Shown one piece after another: positions 63,396-64,000 of a stretch of 64,000 nucleotides of DNA; within the stretch, counting starts at the first letter, position 1; the number at the start of each line of letters is the position of its first letter. Source of the stretch: Trichodelitschia bisporula (Eukaryota); the NCBI GenBank assembly GCA_010356995.1, contig ML996694.1, forward strand, positions 495,224-559,223, read 5' to 3'. Made by a program: the position numbers and the translations under genes. Below the pieces are notes generated by a model. The model was not told the DNA's origin. It did not search any database and worked only from the letters and a program-made list of their open reading frames with translations.

Positions 63396-64000
63396 AGTTA
63401 AAGCGCAAAGCGGAGAGTGATATTCAGATAGACTATATAGACAGAGAAAACAGCAGAAAGCACACAGGAACAGGACGAAATTGTACGGGGAGGGGAAACT
63501 TCAGTTATATCATAGCCTCGTCCCCACACCTACTCCTCCCGCCCGAAGTTATGACGGTGAGTAGCGCGACCCCACTTGGTGAGCATCGTGGCGTAGCCCC
63601 GGAATTAGTTGTCCTGGAGTGGAGCTCGATGAGTGTACGGCAATGTGATATCGACCCCCGCAGCGGGCCTTACCCCGCGCAAGGCGGAGGTGCTAAACAT
63701 TTTCCAGAAGCACACGCTCATGTGCCGATTATCGTTGCTCTTCTCTTGCTTGCTTCTCACCACGGTGAATTGTAAGTACTTACTGCAAAGCTTTGCGAAT
63801 TCGTCCGTGTATGACGTCCTGCGGGATTCATCGCTTGATGACTTCATCCCACAGTATGTTCTACTAACCTTAGCCCTACCCCGCATTCTCGCGATCTTGA
63901 CGCAACCTTCGCTTGGCACGGGATCCAGCGATCCCGCGCATGATAAACGCGCTGTGCCCAACCACTTGAGCGTCTGCCGTATCACTATCACATACACCCG

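Overview
Gene-dense, intron-rich eukaryotic DNA from a filamentous ascomycete (Pezizomycotina; Dothideomycetes is a guess). Introns are mostly ~45-70 nt GT-AG with CTRAC/CTRAY branch sites. I reconstructed 23 protein-coding genes by hand: SDS22, ARG1, an asco-laccase, two secreted Thr-rich proteins, a SAP190-family Sit4 regulator, VPS60, RIB3, SNX41, a mitochondrial phosphate carrier, an Fbw7-like F-box/WD40, an AA9 LPMO, a homeobox-C2H2 TF, EBP-like, PDA1, HAT1, a ZIP transporter, SRP72, ALG8, an Mrn1/Nrd1-type 4-RRM protein, ArfGAP GCS1, a WSC sensor, ATG33 and a putative cyclase. I saw no transposon, tRNA/rRNA, CRISPR or secondary-metabolite backbone gene. The most notable signal is RNA-level. 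The 533-nt last intron of the SAP190-like gene would switch the C-terminus depending on splicing or retention, and it contains several long-range helices in a pseudoknot or switch-like arrangement. A 270-nt stop-free in-frame intron in the WSC sensor carries a similar perfect 11-bp long-range stem. All gene calls come from reading motifs by eye; no database search was run.
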